Shown one piece after another: positions 1 to 12,480 of a stretch of DNA of 64,000 nucleotides. The stretch spans positions 97,092,001-97,156,000 of the forward strand of contig OZ024745.1 of the NCBI GenBank assembly GCA_964016885.1, read 5' to 3'. The notes beneath the pieces are model-generated. The model did not search any database and had not been told where the DNA came from. It was given only the letters and a program-made list of their open reading frames with translations. The first letter of the stretch is position 1; every line of letters starts with the position of its first letter. This DNA is from Eledone cirrhosa. Taxonomy: Eukaryota. A program made the position numbers and the translations under genes.

Positions 1-1021
1 GTGAAAAAGAGAAAAAAAAATGTTTGTTTTAGAATATATCCACGTTGGATATCAACAATAGGTAGCCTGTGGCTAAAAATCCCTTAGAAAAAATGTATCC
101 CCAGCGGGGCAATAATGTTCACAAAAACAGTTTTTCTCTTGATCAAATATGGAACACACACAAGCAATTCAAAATGTCCCTGTCCTGGCGGGAAAATTGC
201 AAAACGGAGGAGAAAAGCAACGCCATATTGGAAACATTTTTGGCTGGTTTTTTGTATACTTCGTCAATACCGTATAAACACATTATTATTTCTCTGTCTT
301 TTTTTTTTTGTGTATTTTTGTAAGTTGCGAAAAGGTTGGCAACGTGGTAATAACAGTGAAATATTTAAGTTCAAATGAATAAAAGGCTGCGTAAAATTCT
401 TTAGTCGGGGTTACCAGTATGGTAATGAAGAATCCTTGTTGGATAGTATATCAATATAGACGTGAGGGAAAGTCCCTCGTCTATTTACCATTTTCGTAAG
501 TGAGAGGATAGGTATTCCATAGAATTTATAACAAGTGAGTGGGTGTATGTGTAGACAAGATAATAACCACAACGAGAGTTCTATTCAACAATGTAAATAA
601 GGATGATGTTTATTTTGTCTATTATGTGTTTGTTATATTACAAATGAAACAAAATAGCAATATAGACGTGATTAGTTGAAATGAAGGCAACGTATTACAA
701 TTGTCGTGGGTCACCAATGTAACGCACACGTCTGGGTCACCAATGTGACGGGACCAGTAAAGTGAAATCAGTTGTGAGCCAGTGCTCGGCCAACACTATC
801 CTTGTGGCTTCGGCATAGGAGTTCAGTGTATTGACATGTGTGATCTCGTGGTCCAAAGGCTGTTTGCTGTCTCTGTGGCTTGTCTGAGAAAGTAATACTG
901 CTGCTTACTTAAATAGTGTTCTCAACCAGGAGGAGACAACTAGGCCTGGTCCATTATCCGACAGGGGGGCGTAAGGCGTCTTACTACAAATATATGATAG
1001 GAATAAACACTAATAAACTAA

Positions 1022-1670
1022 TTGTTTTTATTTATTTATTATTTTAAATCGAGACAGGCAAACTGTATTATTTTAATTAGTATTTTTCAATCTAGCTAAC
1101 TTGGTCATTTGCAATACAAACACTTATATACTTGTATTAGTGTTTATCCCTATCATATATTCATTTGTATTACACTGCTCAGAAATATCCCTTTCTTTGA
1201 GCTATTTAATTGTAAAAGACTATTTGAGTTTATAACTCTATATATAATATTCTCGGCTCCATGCGTTGAGATAATTTTTTAGTCCCATAAAACCGGCTGC
1301 TATTTCTAGCGGTACGAGTATAGGACGGGCTGACGCTGGGTCACATGTGCGTTCAACAACACATTTCTCTCAGTCTTCCTAAGTATTTTGAAGTGAAACT
1401 TACCAATTTCTGGATACCTGCAGAAGAGCACAGGAATAGGAAATTTCACTTAATTGTTGCGAAACAAATTTAAAATTTGAAATTTAAATTTGTCCAGGTA
1501 TCACGGCTATTGCCAATATAGGTTTGTTTTATTGATTTATTATTTTAAATCGAGACAGGCAAACTGTATTATTTTAATTAGTATTTTTCAATCTAGCTAA
1601 CTTGGTCATTTGCAATACAAACACTTATATACTTGTATTATTGTTTATCCCTATCATATATTCATTTGTA
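1022..1670 (+). mobile_element. Non-coding ~1.3-mer of a 501-bp unit carrying a hammerhead (PLE pseudo-LTR or retrozyme-like)
   Basis: ~150-bp direct repeat at 1022-1170 and 1524-1670 (TCGAGACAGGCA offset by 501). HHR at 1413-1502 lies between them. A short inverted copy of the repeat end sits at ~984-1013. Confidence 0.65.
1413..1502 (+). ncRNA. Type I hammerhead ribozyme, U4A core variant
   Basis: Stem I GATACCTG/CAGGTATC; core CAGAAGA; stem II GCA..TGC; GAAA at 1461-1464; stem III CAAATTTAAA/TTTAAATTTG; GTC cleavage triplet ending at 1494. Confidence 0.8.
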
Positions 1671-1907
1671 TATTTATATCTGTATTTTTAACCGCTGGTC
1701 AATCAATGATAAACATTGATTGCCAAATAAATTAACTATGGAGATGTAAAAGATATAGAAGCGAAAACCAACCCAAACCAAACAGTGAGTGTGTTCTGTT
1801 ATTATTTCTGGCAATATTATAACAATATGACCCTCCCCAAGTATAACAATATTTGTTTCGACACACGATTTCATATAAAAAAACCTTGCAAAACAAATTC
1901 ATCGCCG

Positions 1908-1944
<37 letters not shown>

Positions 1945-2089
1945 TAGCATGTGGTAAAATACCAGGTGGACCATAACCCACCCGAGTACTCGATACTTGG
2001 AGTAGTAGAGTGGGTAATATGAAAAGATTCAGCGCCCCAACGGCTGAGCTCCGGCCGTTTCGACAGCTAGATCCGAACTAATCCACCAG

Positions 2090-2093
<4 letters not shown>
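1945..2093 (-). mobile_element. PLE pseudo-LTR fragment, family X (HHR 3' half plus ~100-nt tail)
   Basis: Minus strand GTC-GAAA-CGGC-loop-GCCG-TT-GGGG. Homologous to 7763-8017, 13040-13192 and 50628-50790. (TA)n on both sides. Confidence 0.65.
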
Positions 2094-2144
<51 letters not shown>

Positions 2145-2278
2145 GGTTTGAGGTTCACCACTGTATAGAGCTGGTCTATTCTGTATGGTCAATCGTAATG
2201 CAATAATATAGAGAGTACTCAACGTAAAGCAGTTCAACCGTCTTTGTTTTTGTAGTTGGTGGTGCTATTACGGAGTTA

Positions 2279-2436
2279 AATATTATAATGAAATGACAGG
2301 AGGCTGGATTTGTGTAAATCCTTGAAAGGTTTATTATACTATGATCATTTCAATGACCGGGTTCGTCATTGAAATGATCATAGTATAATAAACCTTTCAA
2401 GGATTTACACAAATCCAGCCTCCTGTCATTTCATTA

Positions 2437-2443
<7 letters not shown>
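2279..2443. repeat. Perfect palindrome (79-bp arms, 7-nt loop) containing an HHR 3' half
   Basis: Arms 2279-2357 and 2365-2443, loop CGGGTTC. GAAA-TGATCA-TA at 2371-2382. Followed by (TA)n. Confidence 0.9.
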
Positions 2444-2501
<58 letters not shown>

Positions 2502-2659
2502 GATAACAAGTTATAGTTTTAGGTAAAACAGTTAGAGGTTGTGAGTACTCTGCGTCGTGGATAGTTTTAACGTACGGCGCTGTTTGACTCAACAAGAGGT
2601 TTCCTTAGTTAGGTAGCGAGTTTGCGAGAATTCCCATGCAGGTTATTCTTGGAGTAATA

Positions 2660-2878
2660 ATAGTGTAAGAGTGAAGAATAACATGGTCGGCTGTACAAAA
2701 AGGGTTTTATTTACAGTATTAACAATTGTTTCATTGATCAGGTGAGTCTAAAGGCCGCTGATCACTCGAAATTGCGTCACTCGACAGCGGCTTTTAGACT
2801 CACCTGATCAATGAAACAATTGTTAATACTGTAAATAAAACCCTTTCAGTACAGCCGACCATGTTATTCTTCACTCTT

Positions 2879-2885
<7 letters not shown>
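2660..2885. repeat. Near-perfect palindrome (~100-bp arms) containing an HHR 3' half
   Basis: Arms 2660-2760 and 2785-2885. GAAA-CAATTG-TT reads outward in each arm. Followed by (TA)n. Confidence 0.88.
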
Positions 2886-2929
<44 letters not shown>

Positions 2930-2931
<2 letters not shown>

Positions 2932-2980
2932 CTTCTACAGAACTAAAACTGTTTCATTTGGATGAAATCATCAGGAAGTT
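2930..2980 (-). ncRNA. Type I hammerhead ribozyme (family with U10.1-U11.1)
   Basis: Minus strand AACTTC-CTGATGA-TTTCATCCAAAT-GAAA-CAG ttttagtt CTG-TA-GAAGTT. Confidence 0.78.
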
Positions 2981-3239
2981 TCAGATAATGATGGTCAGTT
3001 TATTGGCTGGTAGTTGAAGGGGATGATAGGGGGTGAGGGTTGTGTAGGATGGAGATGGAGGCGGAGAAGAGGATAATGAAAGTGGTGGGGTGGGGGTGAA
3101 GGGAGGAAGTGTAGAAAGAGAGTAAAGTGTGGAAAAGTGGGGAGGGCAGATATAGATTTAATGAAGAGAATACAAAACGATAACGCCCCCATCTCTCCTA
3201 CCAAATTCCCCATACCTGGCCTCTCTTCCCTTCTTATTA

Positions 3240-3263
3240 ATTCTTCTTCTTCTTCTTCTTCTT

Positions 3264-3341
<78 letters not shown>
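3240..3341. repeat. (TTC)n(TTA)n microsatellite
   Basis: Direct reading. Confidence 0.95.
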
Positions 3342-3342
<1 letters not shown>

Positions 3343-3598
3343 TGCTCCGCTTCCTCCTCTTTAATCTTCTTCTCCTTCTTATTCTCCCTCCTGCTTTTTC
3401 TTCTTATCTCCTCCCCCACCTTTATCATCATCATCATCCTTAAAGCTATATCTCCCCCTCTCCACCTTTTCTTTTACTCCCTTTCTACTCTCTTCTCCCA
3501 CCTCAATCCCCATCCTGCACAACCCCTCATCCATTACACTCCCTCAACTACCAACCAATAGATACCTATAAAAAAAAAACAGAGTGACCAACTTTATC

Positions 3599-3652
3599 TG
3601 ACATTCCTGATGATTTCATAAGTATGAAACAGTTCTAGTCCTGTAGAAGTCA
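3599..3652 (+). ncRNA. Type I hammerhead ribozyme (same family as 2930-2980)
   Basis: TGACATTC-CTGATGA-TTTCATAAGTAT-GAAA-CAG ttctagtc CTG-TA-GAAGTCA. Confidence 0.75.
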
Positions 3653-4177
3653 TTTCTATATAAAAGAAGAACATATTGCGTACTTTTTTATAACTGTGGT
3701 CATCTCTCCACATTATTAGTGCCAAGTTGTTCTGGACTTTGCCTTTTCCTTGGATAACATAGATGGCGTGTAGAGAGAAGACTGGCACCCTTGAGCAACC
3801 ACATATATGTGTCTGTCACATGTATGTGAGTATTGATTCTAAACTGTCTGAAACCCCTCATAGTTCTAAGATGCATAACTGACTGTTTTAAAGTTTCTTT
3901 TTATCTAAAAAAATCTTTCACCATAATTTTATACATGAGCCTTTGTTAAATTGTCTTCCAAGCACCAGATAAATAAGAAGATTCGACTACTAAATCTCTC
4001 CAAATTCTTGGCTATTTTCAAAATTATTTGAAAATTATGGACAATGTTGTTTGTTAGAATTATGGTAAAGAAAAGTTTGGTAAATAGGTATGTAGCTGCA
4101 ATTATGAAAGAATTTCTATGTTCAACAGAAAAGTCTTTAGCAACGTTACAAATATAATATAGCATTCAACCCGTATG

Positions 4178-4350
4178 TAATGGTTTCTGATTTAGGCACA
4201 AGGCCAGCAAATTTTGTTGACTGTTTCTTTATTTTATCGACCTCGTAAGGATGAAAGGCAAAGCTAACCTTGGCTGGATTTGATCTCAGAACATAAAGGG
4301 CCGTAACTCTATGCTACAAAGCATGGTGTCAGATGCTCAACCGATACTGC
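4178..4350 (-). mobile_element. tRNA-derived SINE (diverged copy)
   Basis: Reverse complement of the SINE consensus: TTTGCCTTTCATCCTTACG core and GCCTTGTGCC tail. Confidence 0.8.
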
Positions 4351-4502
4351 TTTGACGCTAAACTCTGCCAGCTGTAGACAGCGCATCAACATGAGATATT
4401 TTTCTCCACAAAGTTCGATCACCAGCAGCAGAGTTTAAAGAGCAAAGATCAAGTTCAGTCCATAAGTTGGTATAATATTCCCTTCCAAGAAAATTGGAGA
4501 TA

Positions 4503-4715
4503 AATGGTTTCTTATATAGGCACAAGGCCAGCAATTTTGGGGAGGAGGGGAAAGTCGATTAAATCGACCCAGCGCGTGACTGGTACTTTATTTCATCGAC
4601 CCGTAAGGATGAAGGGCAAAGTTAACCTCAGTGAGATTTGAATTCAGATCATAAAGGGCCGTAACTCTATGCTGCAAAGCATGGTATCAGACACTCTATC
4701 GATACTGTCAATCCA
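4503..4715 (-). mobile_element. tRNA-derived SINE
   Basis: Same family; degenerate B box and central domain recognisable. Confidence 0.8.
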
Positions 4716-5252
4716 ATATAATATTACCTTCCAAGAACATTGCAGACAAATGATAATACATCGAGGGAAGATGAACTAAAATATTGTATAGTGAATAGAA
4801 GAAGAATTTTCAAGTCGCTTCTACAGTAAGAAATAGATTCAGACTGTAGAAAGAATAGGATTCCATGTCAATGTTTCAGGAACGAAGTTTGCAAGTAACA
4901 CGATCAGAATATTCTCTCAGATTGGAATGTGGAAAGAGAAGGAAGAAAATGACAGTGGCATTGGACAGACATCAAGTGAAAAAAAATTACAAGCTGTAGT
5001 TGGAAGTAAAGTGGGTTGTTAAGGCAAAAGCTGATGTTATCAGCTTTTGGAAATGGAAGGCAACTGGCATATATGCTGGCTACGAGGATAGAATTTGTGA
5101 GCTAAAGTAATACAAAAACAACGAAGAATGGAGGAAGATATTAGTTTGAGCGTATGGTAGCGTATATTATTCATTATATGAGTATCGACACACGCACACA
5201 AACCTACACTCCCACGCACACAAACACACACATATATATGTATATATATATG

Positions 5253-5296
<44 letters not shown>

Positions 5297-5612
5297 CCTT
5301 CCTTGCTCACATTTCAACCAGGTTTGATGGTCTTTATTCTCTCTCGTTCACGATTTCACCGAACTTATATTCATGGAAATTTGGGACTTGACTTGTTCTT
5401 CCTCACTTTTTGTTGCTTCACCATCTTTGTTTGTTTACACTCTCGCTGTTCCCTTTATTTACGTGTCCCAACGACTTTCTTTACCCGTTGCTCGCACCAA
5501 CCGAAGGTATATGGTCTTTAAAGCGTAGGTATACCGATGATGGTTGGAAGACCACTGATGAAGGACCACTTTATTCATATGTAACCCATTTGCAACCACG
5601 CAGCACGTTTAT

Positions 5613-5653
<41 letters not shown>

Positions 5654-5738
5654 TAAGTTATTCCGGGTTGAATCGGAGGTAACCACAGTAAGTAAGGAAC
5701 TCAATACATAGCAGAGTATAAAAGTTTTAATATAAAAG

Positions 5739-5789
5739 AGATTCTACAGGACTAGAATTGTTTCATTCGTGAGAAATCATTAGGAATCT
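5739..5789 (-). ncRNA. Decayed hammerhead (G5A), family of 2930/3599
   Basis: Minus strand AGATTC-CTAATGA-T TTC tcac GAA T-GAAA-CAA..CTG-TA-GAATCT. About 90 nt upstream of the (TA)n ending at 5651. Confidence 0.7.
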
Positions 5790-5974
5790 GACTGTCCAAG
5801 TAAATATGGTGGAATTTATATCTTTCTGGTGGTAAGAGAGGGTGGGGAGTGGGATGGGTGGAGGTCATTGGTTGAAAGAAAAGGGAATTCATTAAAAGCT
5901 AATTCTTTAAAGCTATAATTTATATTTAGAGTGACAAAGGCAGAAAGAATTCTATAAACAAGTTCAAATTGGAG

Positions 5975-6068
<94 letters not shown>

Positions 6069-7718
6069 TAAAACAATGAAATAAAAAAATCAAGTCATTA
6101 GAGATATACTTCACTGCTTTACGATCGTTTCTAGGTCATACATTGTAGCTATACTCCGTTATTGATCTATGTAAGGTTAGTTTCAAAATATCAGATAAAG
6201 AGAATAATTACTTACATGCATATCACCAGCTGTTTTCAAAAACAATAATAATTTTATTCAGAATTAATACTAGTATCTTAGTATCATGTCCTTATTTGGA
6301 GGTAGTTGAAGAACTAACCAATCAAATTGTTTTTTTCCTATGGTGTTAAGATGAAAAGTAATACACTTCAGTTGAAGTCATGACCCTTTTGAAGGAATGG
6401 TTGATTGGTGTTAATAGTAGAATTGGCATAACAATCTATTAGGAGGAAAGGGATTGTCAAACTTATAGTTGAATGTATCTGGTATAGTGAAGTTTAAAAG
6501 GAATGTCAAAATAAATGGTGATTAGTGTTGTATTGAGTTTTTAGGTGTATATAAATTAAGGTTATGGCTAGGAAAGATAGTATATTAAAAGATGAAAATT
6601 ATAATAAGATAATGAAATACAGTAATGCGATAATATACAACATAACCAACACAATATAGTACGGTGTGGTAAATTGCACTTAGTATAATACAGCATATGA
6701 TACGCCTTAAAATACTATCAAGTATGTTTATGTATAAATAATCAAACTCAGATAAATACATGTTGGCATAGTTAAAACACATAAAATTCATAGATTACAA
6801 AGTGCATATATCCACACTATATATATAGAGAGAGGTACAGTTATGTTGATATCCAACCAAAAATATACATACGCACAAATAGATGCAAACCTAAATACAC
6901 ATTTACACATGTGCACATAATCCTATACACACATATCCATACATATCTATATCTACACATGCACACCTATACCGACATATATATATACACATATACATAT
7001 ATATATATACACATATATATACATATATATATATGCGTGTGTGTATGTACACTCCTCATACATGTACACACCCACATATATAAACACTCATACACGTATA
7101 CTCACATATACACACACACACAAACACACACATATATATATACACACATACACACACACACATACATATACATATATATATACATATATACACATACACA
7201 AATATATATATACACACACATAAATATATTTCCATATCATACATAGATATATATTTACTCATGTAGTTAAGGGTGGTTGTGTATCTTGTTGCCTTTAGTC
7301 ATTAACGCATAAACCTAAGGAAGCTAAAACATTAAAAGGTAAAAATTAAGCATGAATGCTTATAATTAGGGGAAAGAGGTACTAATAAATGTTACTCTAT
7401 ATAGAATTATAGTGAGTTCGTATTTAGAATATTTAATTAGGTTTATAGTATTTAAATGTTCTTCGAATACTGTGATTACAAACTATGATCAGTTCCTGCC
7501 TTTTATTTAATAAATCGTCCTTAGATTTAGTAATTTCCAAGATCTCCCCTGAACATAATCTGCATTCCCTCCTGTTCCCAAGATATGGAGTTCTTTGTAG
7601 AATGGTGTTCCACGATAACTTGAAATCTATTTTTTTTCTTTTTATAATTATTTACCGCTTCAGCTAAAGATGTGGTGTTAGCTAGTTTAGTATTGTTGAA
7701 ACTACTAGAGTGTGCGTA

Positions 7719-7762
<44 letters not shown>

Positions 7763-7765
<3 letters not shown>

Positions 7766-8015
7766 TTGAGCTCTGCCGTCGGGGGTCATACTTTTTCCTA
7801 TATATATATATATATATATATATAGGAAAAAGTATGACCCCGACGGCAGAGCTCAAGCCGTTTCGACGGCTATTTCTGGACTCAGAAATAGCCGCCGTAA
7901 CGGGTTGAGCTCTGCCGTCGGGGTCATACTTTTTCCTATTTCCCACTCTACTACCCAAAGTATTGAGTACTCTGGTGCGTTATGGTTCATTTGGTTCCTT
8001 ACCACAATTCCTTTG

Positions 8016-8017
<2 letters not shown>
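7763..8017. mobile_element. PLE pseudo-LTR family X with fold-back palindrome
   Basis: Palindrome 7822-7939 centred on loop GGACTC (7878-7883). Minus strand GAAA-CGGC..GCCG-TC-GGGGTC. Extra partial copy at 7763-7800. Bounded by (TA)n. Confidence 0.75.
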
Positions 8018-8065
<48 letters not shown>

Positions 8066-8094
8066 TAACAGATTAAAGTTTAAGTAAAGAATCG

Positions 8095-8125
<31 letters not shown>

Positions 8126-8657
8126 TACTTGTTTTATATGGAAAAAAGTGGCTCGAAACGCCAGGTTTTTAGAGAAGTCATTTGATTGGTTGGTCAATAA
8201 GTATAATAAATTTCGCGCCAGTTCGCGTTACAAAGTTCTTCAAACAAGGGTGGGGGGTGGGGGGGGGCTCAGGTTGTTTTTTTTCATATATGAGTGAAGT
8301 TTGGTTAGTTGATGCAGTCACGTGAATAAGCACATCAGCTTTCGCACCAGTTTGTTTGAATTTATTTTTACTTAAAAAAGGGGGAGGGGGCTCACGAAGC
8401 CTTTTTTTAAAATAAATGTAATTTGATTGGTTATAAATGAAATTATGGTTGTCACGTGAACAAGTTCATTAAATTTCGCGCCCCTATTTGGGAATTTATT
8501 TTGTAGCCTTTTAGAGAATTTTATGACAAACAAAAGATAATGGTCAAGAGAAATGGGATGGGAGAATTGTTCTGGTTCAGTGAATATGGCTGGTTCGCTG
8601 GGGTGTCAGAATTCAGATTTTCTATTGAAATAAAGAAAGTAGAGATATGTATCTTTA

Positions 8658-8697
<40 letters not shown>

Positions 8698-8925
8698 GGA
8701 AGATGATTCTATTAGTGTGTGTATATGGGTGTTATGTGTGTGTCTGGGAGTATGTTAAGATGGAGAGAATATATATATTTTGTGTGTGTGTATGTTTGTA
8801 GGAAAGTGATTCTATTAGTAGAAATGGGGGAGGGAGTTGTGTGTGTGTGGGGGGGGGGTTATGTGTGTGTGTGTATGGGTGTTATGTGTGTGTGTGGGAG
8901 TATGGTTGGCATATTAAGATGAAGA

Positions 8926-9011
<86 letters not shown>

Positions 9012-9199
9012 GTGTGTGTAGGAAAATGATTCCGTTAGTAGAAATATTTTCGAATGAACATATTTTCCTTATTTATTCGTATTTGTTCTGTTGTATTGTC
9101 AGCGCAAACGTATGTTAAGGTTTATTTAGTTCGGGTTTTTATTATCTAAAGTAGGTGTTATGTGTGTGTGTGTATGTGTCTGTTTGGATGTTTAGCATG

Positions 9200-12100
9200 T
9201 TATGGTGTTGACATAATGTATATTAAACCATATTTAATGCTGGTCTATATTTTTGAATAAACATATTTTCCTTATTTATTCGTATTTGTTCTGTTGTATT
9301 GTCAGGGCAAAGGTAAAATGGGAAGACTTGGAATTTGGGTGTCTTATTACTTGCGCATATATCTAGATGTGCGCTTAGTGGTATCTGTCTCGTGGTTGGA
9401 TCTCGTAATTGTTGGTGATGAACTGTCATTCTGTTTCTGAGTGTGAGTTTAGTTTGTCCTATATAATCTTCATTGCATCCTTTACATTTAATGGCATAAA
9501 TTAGATTTTTTGATGAGCAAGTGAAGTGATTTTTTACAGCAAAAATGTGTCCTGATTTAAATGTATACGTGTTGCCTTCAATGAGGTGAGTGCAGGTTCC
9601 ACAATTAGAGCGACCACATTTTTTGACAGTTGGTTGTGGGTTTGTGGTAGGTAATTTGGCATTGGTGAGTAATGTTTTCAGTGATTTCGGTTGTCTTTTG
9701 CTTTTGATTATTTTGTGTGTTTCAAGGGATTTTTCATTCTTGGGTCTTCTTTCAATAGTGGGATGTTCTTGTGAATAGTGTTGTAAGCTTCCGCATTTCT
9801 TGGGTTGTGTGTTGAGATATATGATAGAATATTGGACGTACCTTGAATTTGTTTCTGTTTTCGTAATTCCTCAATGCCTATTGCTTTAGCCCTTTCTATT
9901 CCATTATTTATTAGTAATGGTGGGTACTGGCTTTCGAGTAGAATTTCCTTTAATTCTTGAAGTCTTTTATTTCGCGTTTCATAATTGGAGACAATTGTGC
10001 AAATTCTTCTTGCTAGGTTAAAAGGAATGTTCGTCTTCGTGTGCTTTGGATGGTTGGAGGTGAATAGCAGGTATTGTTTGGAATCTGTTGGTTTGTAGTT
10101 TATGTCAGTTTCAATGTTTGTGTCTTTTTTTAAGACTAAGATGTCCAGAAATGGGAGTTGATCTTGGCTGTATTCCGTTGTGAATTGGATGTGGTTATTG
10201 GTGCCGTTAAATAAATTTTTGAAATCATTCAGTTGGTCGAGTGTGTGGGACCAAAGAATGAGACAATCATCCAAGTAGCGTTTCCAATTCTCCGATAAAT
10301 ATTTGTGGAAGTTCAATCCGTATTTTGATTTGGACTGTTCATATATCTGGACTTCTAAGTATGCCATGATTAAGTTGGCATAAGTTGGAGCGGCTTTTGT
10401 ACCCATCGCAGTCCCCGAAATAAAAAAAAGTTGTTCTGTAAGATAAATTTTAATCCCTCGGTGATGAAGCTTTTTTCTATTCTGCCAGGTATCTCATTGG
10501 GATATTTCTCTAGCCAGAATCCTATTGCTTCTAGTCCGTATTGGTGTGGCATCGCTGTGTAGAGATTCACTACATCGAAAGACACAATAATAGTGTCGTT
10601 GTTGACATGTTTGGGGAGGTGGTTTAAGAGGTCCAGATCGTCTCTTACAAGGCTTGGTATGTGTTTGAGAATTGGTTTTAGTAGTATGTCTATAAAGTTG
10701 CTCAGTCTGTGTGTTTCACATTGTGGGCCCGCTACAATTGGCCTTAATTTAAGGTCTGTGGGGTATTGTGTGTTCACGCAGGCTGAGGTGGACTGTTTAC
10801 AGGCATCGTTAATTATTGTGCACTTGTAGATCTTCGGAAGTCCGTAAAGGTTGCTGGATTTGTATTCAAAATGTGTTAAATAATCGTGTTCCTTTTTAGT
10901 TAAGTCTTCCTGGTATCGACAAATCAGTGTGTTTAATCTGGACATTGTTTTTGATTGCTGGTAGTTTTTTTTACTCTTTCATAGTAATTAGTATTTTGTA
11001 AGAGAGAGAACATAGAATTTTTATATTTTTCAGCATCCATAATGACAACAGTACTTCCCTTGTCCGCTTCCTTAATTATAATGTCCGTATTGTTTTTTAG
11101 TTCATGGATAATCTCCCATTCCCTTCGACTCGTGTTGGGTTTGGGTTTAGGTTGCGGTAGTTCATGGTATGGGAAAGTAGCTATGTGGTCACAAAATTTG
11201 TCCAGAACTCTGTTTCTACCTCTTGTTGGGTTGTAGCTGCTTTTATTCCGTACAATTGATTGGTCATTATTCTCCTTGTCAAAGAATTCCTCTGTGAGAC
11301 GTAATTTTCTACAGAAGTGTGAGATATCGTCATTTATCTCATTGAGGTTAGAGTATTGTGGTGTTGGTGTAAATTTCAGTCCTTTGGAGAGAATTTTTAC
11401 TTGTTGGGCTGAGAGGTTTGTCTTTGAAAGGTTGATTATTTTCGGTTTTTCAAAATCGGTTTGTGCCTTGTAGCCTTGGTCTAAAAAATCTGGAATGTTT
11501 TTTCAATGTTATTATTATATCTAATGACGGTGGATTTGCAGTATCGGTAGAGGGTCAGACACCATGCTTTGCAGTATAGTTACGTCCCTTTACGATCTGA
11601 GTTCAAATCCCGCCGAGGTTGACTTTGCCTTTCATCCTTACGGGGTCGATAAAATAAAGTACCAGTAATGCACTGGGTAATTGCTGTCCTTGTGCCTAAA
11701 TTAGAAACAATTATTATATCTAATGACATTTCCCCTGTTGTTGTGTGGTCTTGTATAGAAGTTTCGGACGTATTGAGGTTCGGTTTGTTGATAGTCCGGG
11801 TTGTAGATTTTTTTCCTTTTTGTGGGTTGGGATCTACGATTTTGGAACAGGTTCTGTGTGGGTAGGGGTCTACGGTTTTGGAATAGGTTTTGTGTGCGTT
11901 GTGATCTGCAGATCGGGTCCTGTCTTGTGTTGGGGGATCTTCGGTTTTTGTTAGTAGGGTTATAGTTTTGTCTATGGGTTCTGGGATTATCGTCATAGTT
12001 TTGCTGGGGGTATGTTGGACGTTTTGTTACTTTTTTCGTTATTTGTTATGTATGTGGTGTGTGAGTTTTAGTTTGTTTTAAAAATGGGTTACCTGTATGT

Positions 12101-12480
12101 TGTTCATTTTTGAAATCCATTTCGTAGTTGTTGAACCAGGTGGCGTTTTTTTCCCATCGCTGGAGGGATGTTAGTTCTTCATCCTCACAATTTTCTTTCC
12201 AAAGTTTTAAGGTCTTTTCATAGAGTTGGCCTTCAGAGTGCCTTGAGATTTCTGTGTCCATCTGTTGGTCGAGTGACTTGAACTTTTCTTCGTTGGAGTT
12301 GGCTCTTAATCGCAACAGTTCTATTTCTATTTAAAATTTTTCTAACGTCATCTTTTCCCCAAGTCTTTGTTGGTTTTCTGGTTCATTCAGGATGGGTTTT
12401 ATTTTGAGTTTTTGGGGGTGGATGATTGGGGTAGAGTTTAGCCACTTTTCATATATGTCTGCCTTTAGGAGATTCCAAAA
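9200..12480 (-). mobile_element. Penelope-like retroelement, Neptune-like, degenerate RT plus GIY-YIG ORF
   Basis: ORF pieces carry LYGLPKI, LRPIVAG, SFDVVNLYT, MGTKAAPTYANL and WKRYLDD. Manual translation of ~9430-9620 gives CGRSNCGTC (Cys linker) and IYAIKC..YIGQT..RMTVH (GIY-YIG). The ORF end is duplicated at ~9057-9108. Confidence 0.92.
11529..11709 (+). mobile_element. tRNA-derived SINE inserted in the PLE ORF, 18-bp TSD
   Basis: B box GAGTTCAAATCC. TSD ATTATTATATCTAATGAC at 11511-11528 and 11710-11727. Confidence 0.92.

Noticed and set aside
3790-5170. Possible host exons between SINEs
   Set aside because: No sustained frame or recognisable motif. Old decayed LINE sequence is likelier, though small exons cannot be excluded without RNA data.
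5550-5610. CTGATGAAGGACC as an HHR 5' half
   Set aside because: No matching GAAA, stem III or stem I found downstream.
6118-6235. Minus-strand GAAA-CGATCG-TA with a distant CTGGTGA
   Set aside because: Stem I and stem II could not be paired. At most a decayed HHR.
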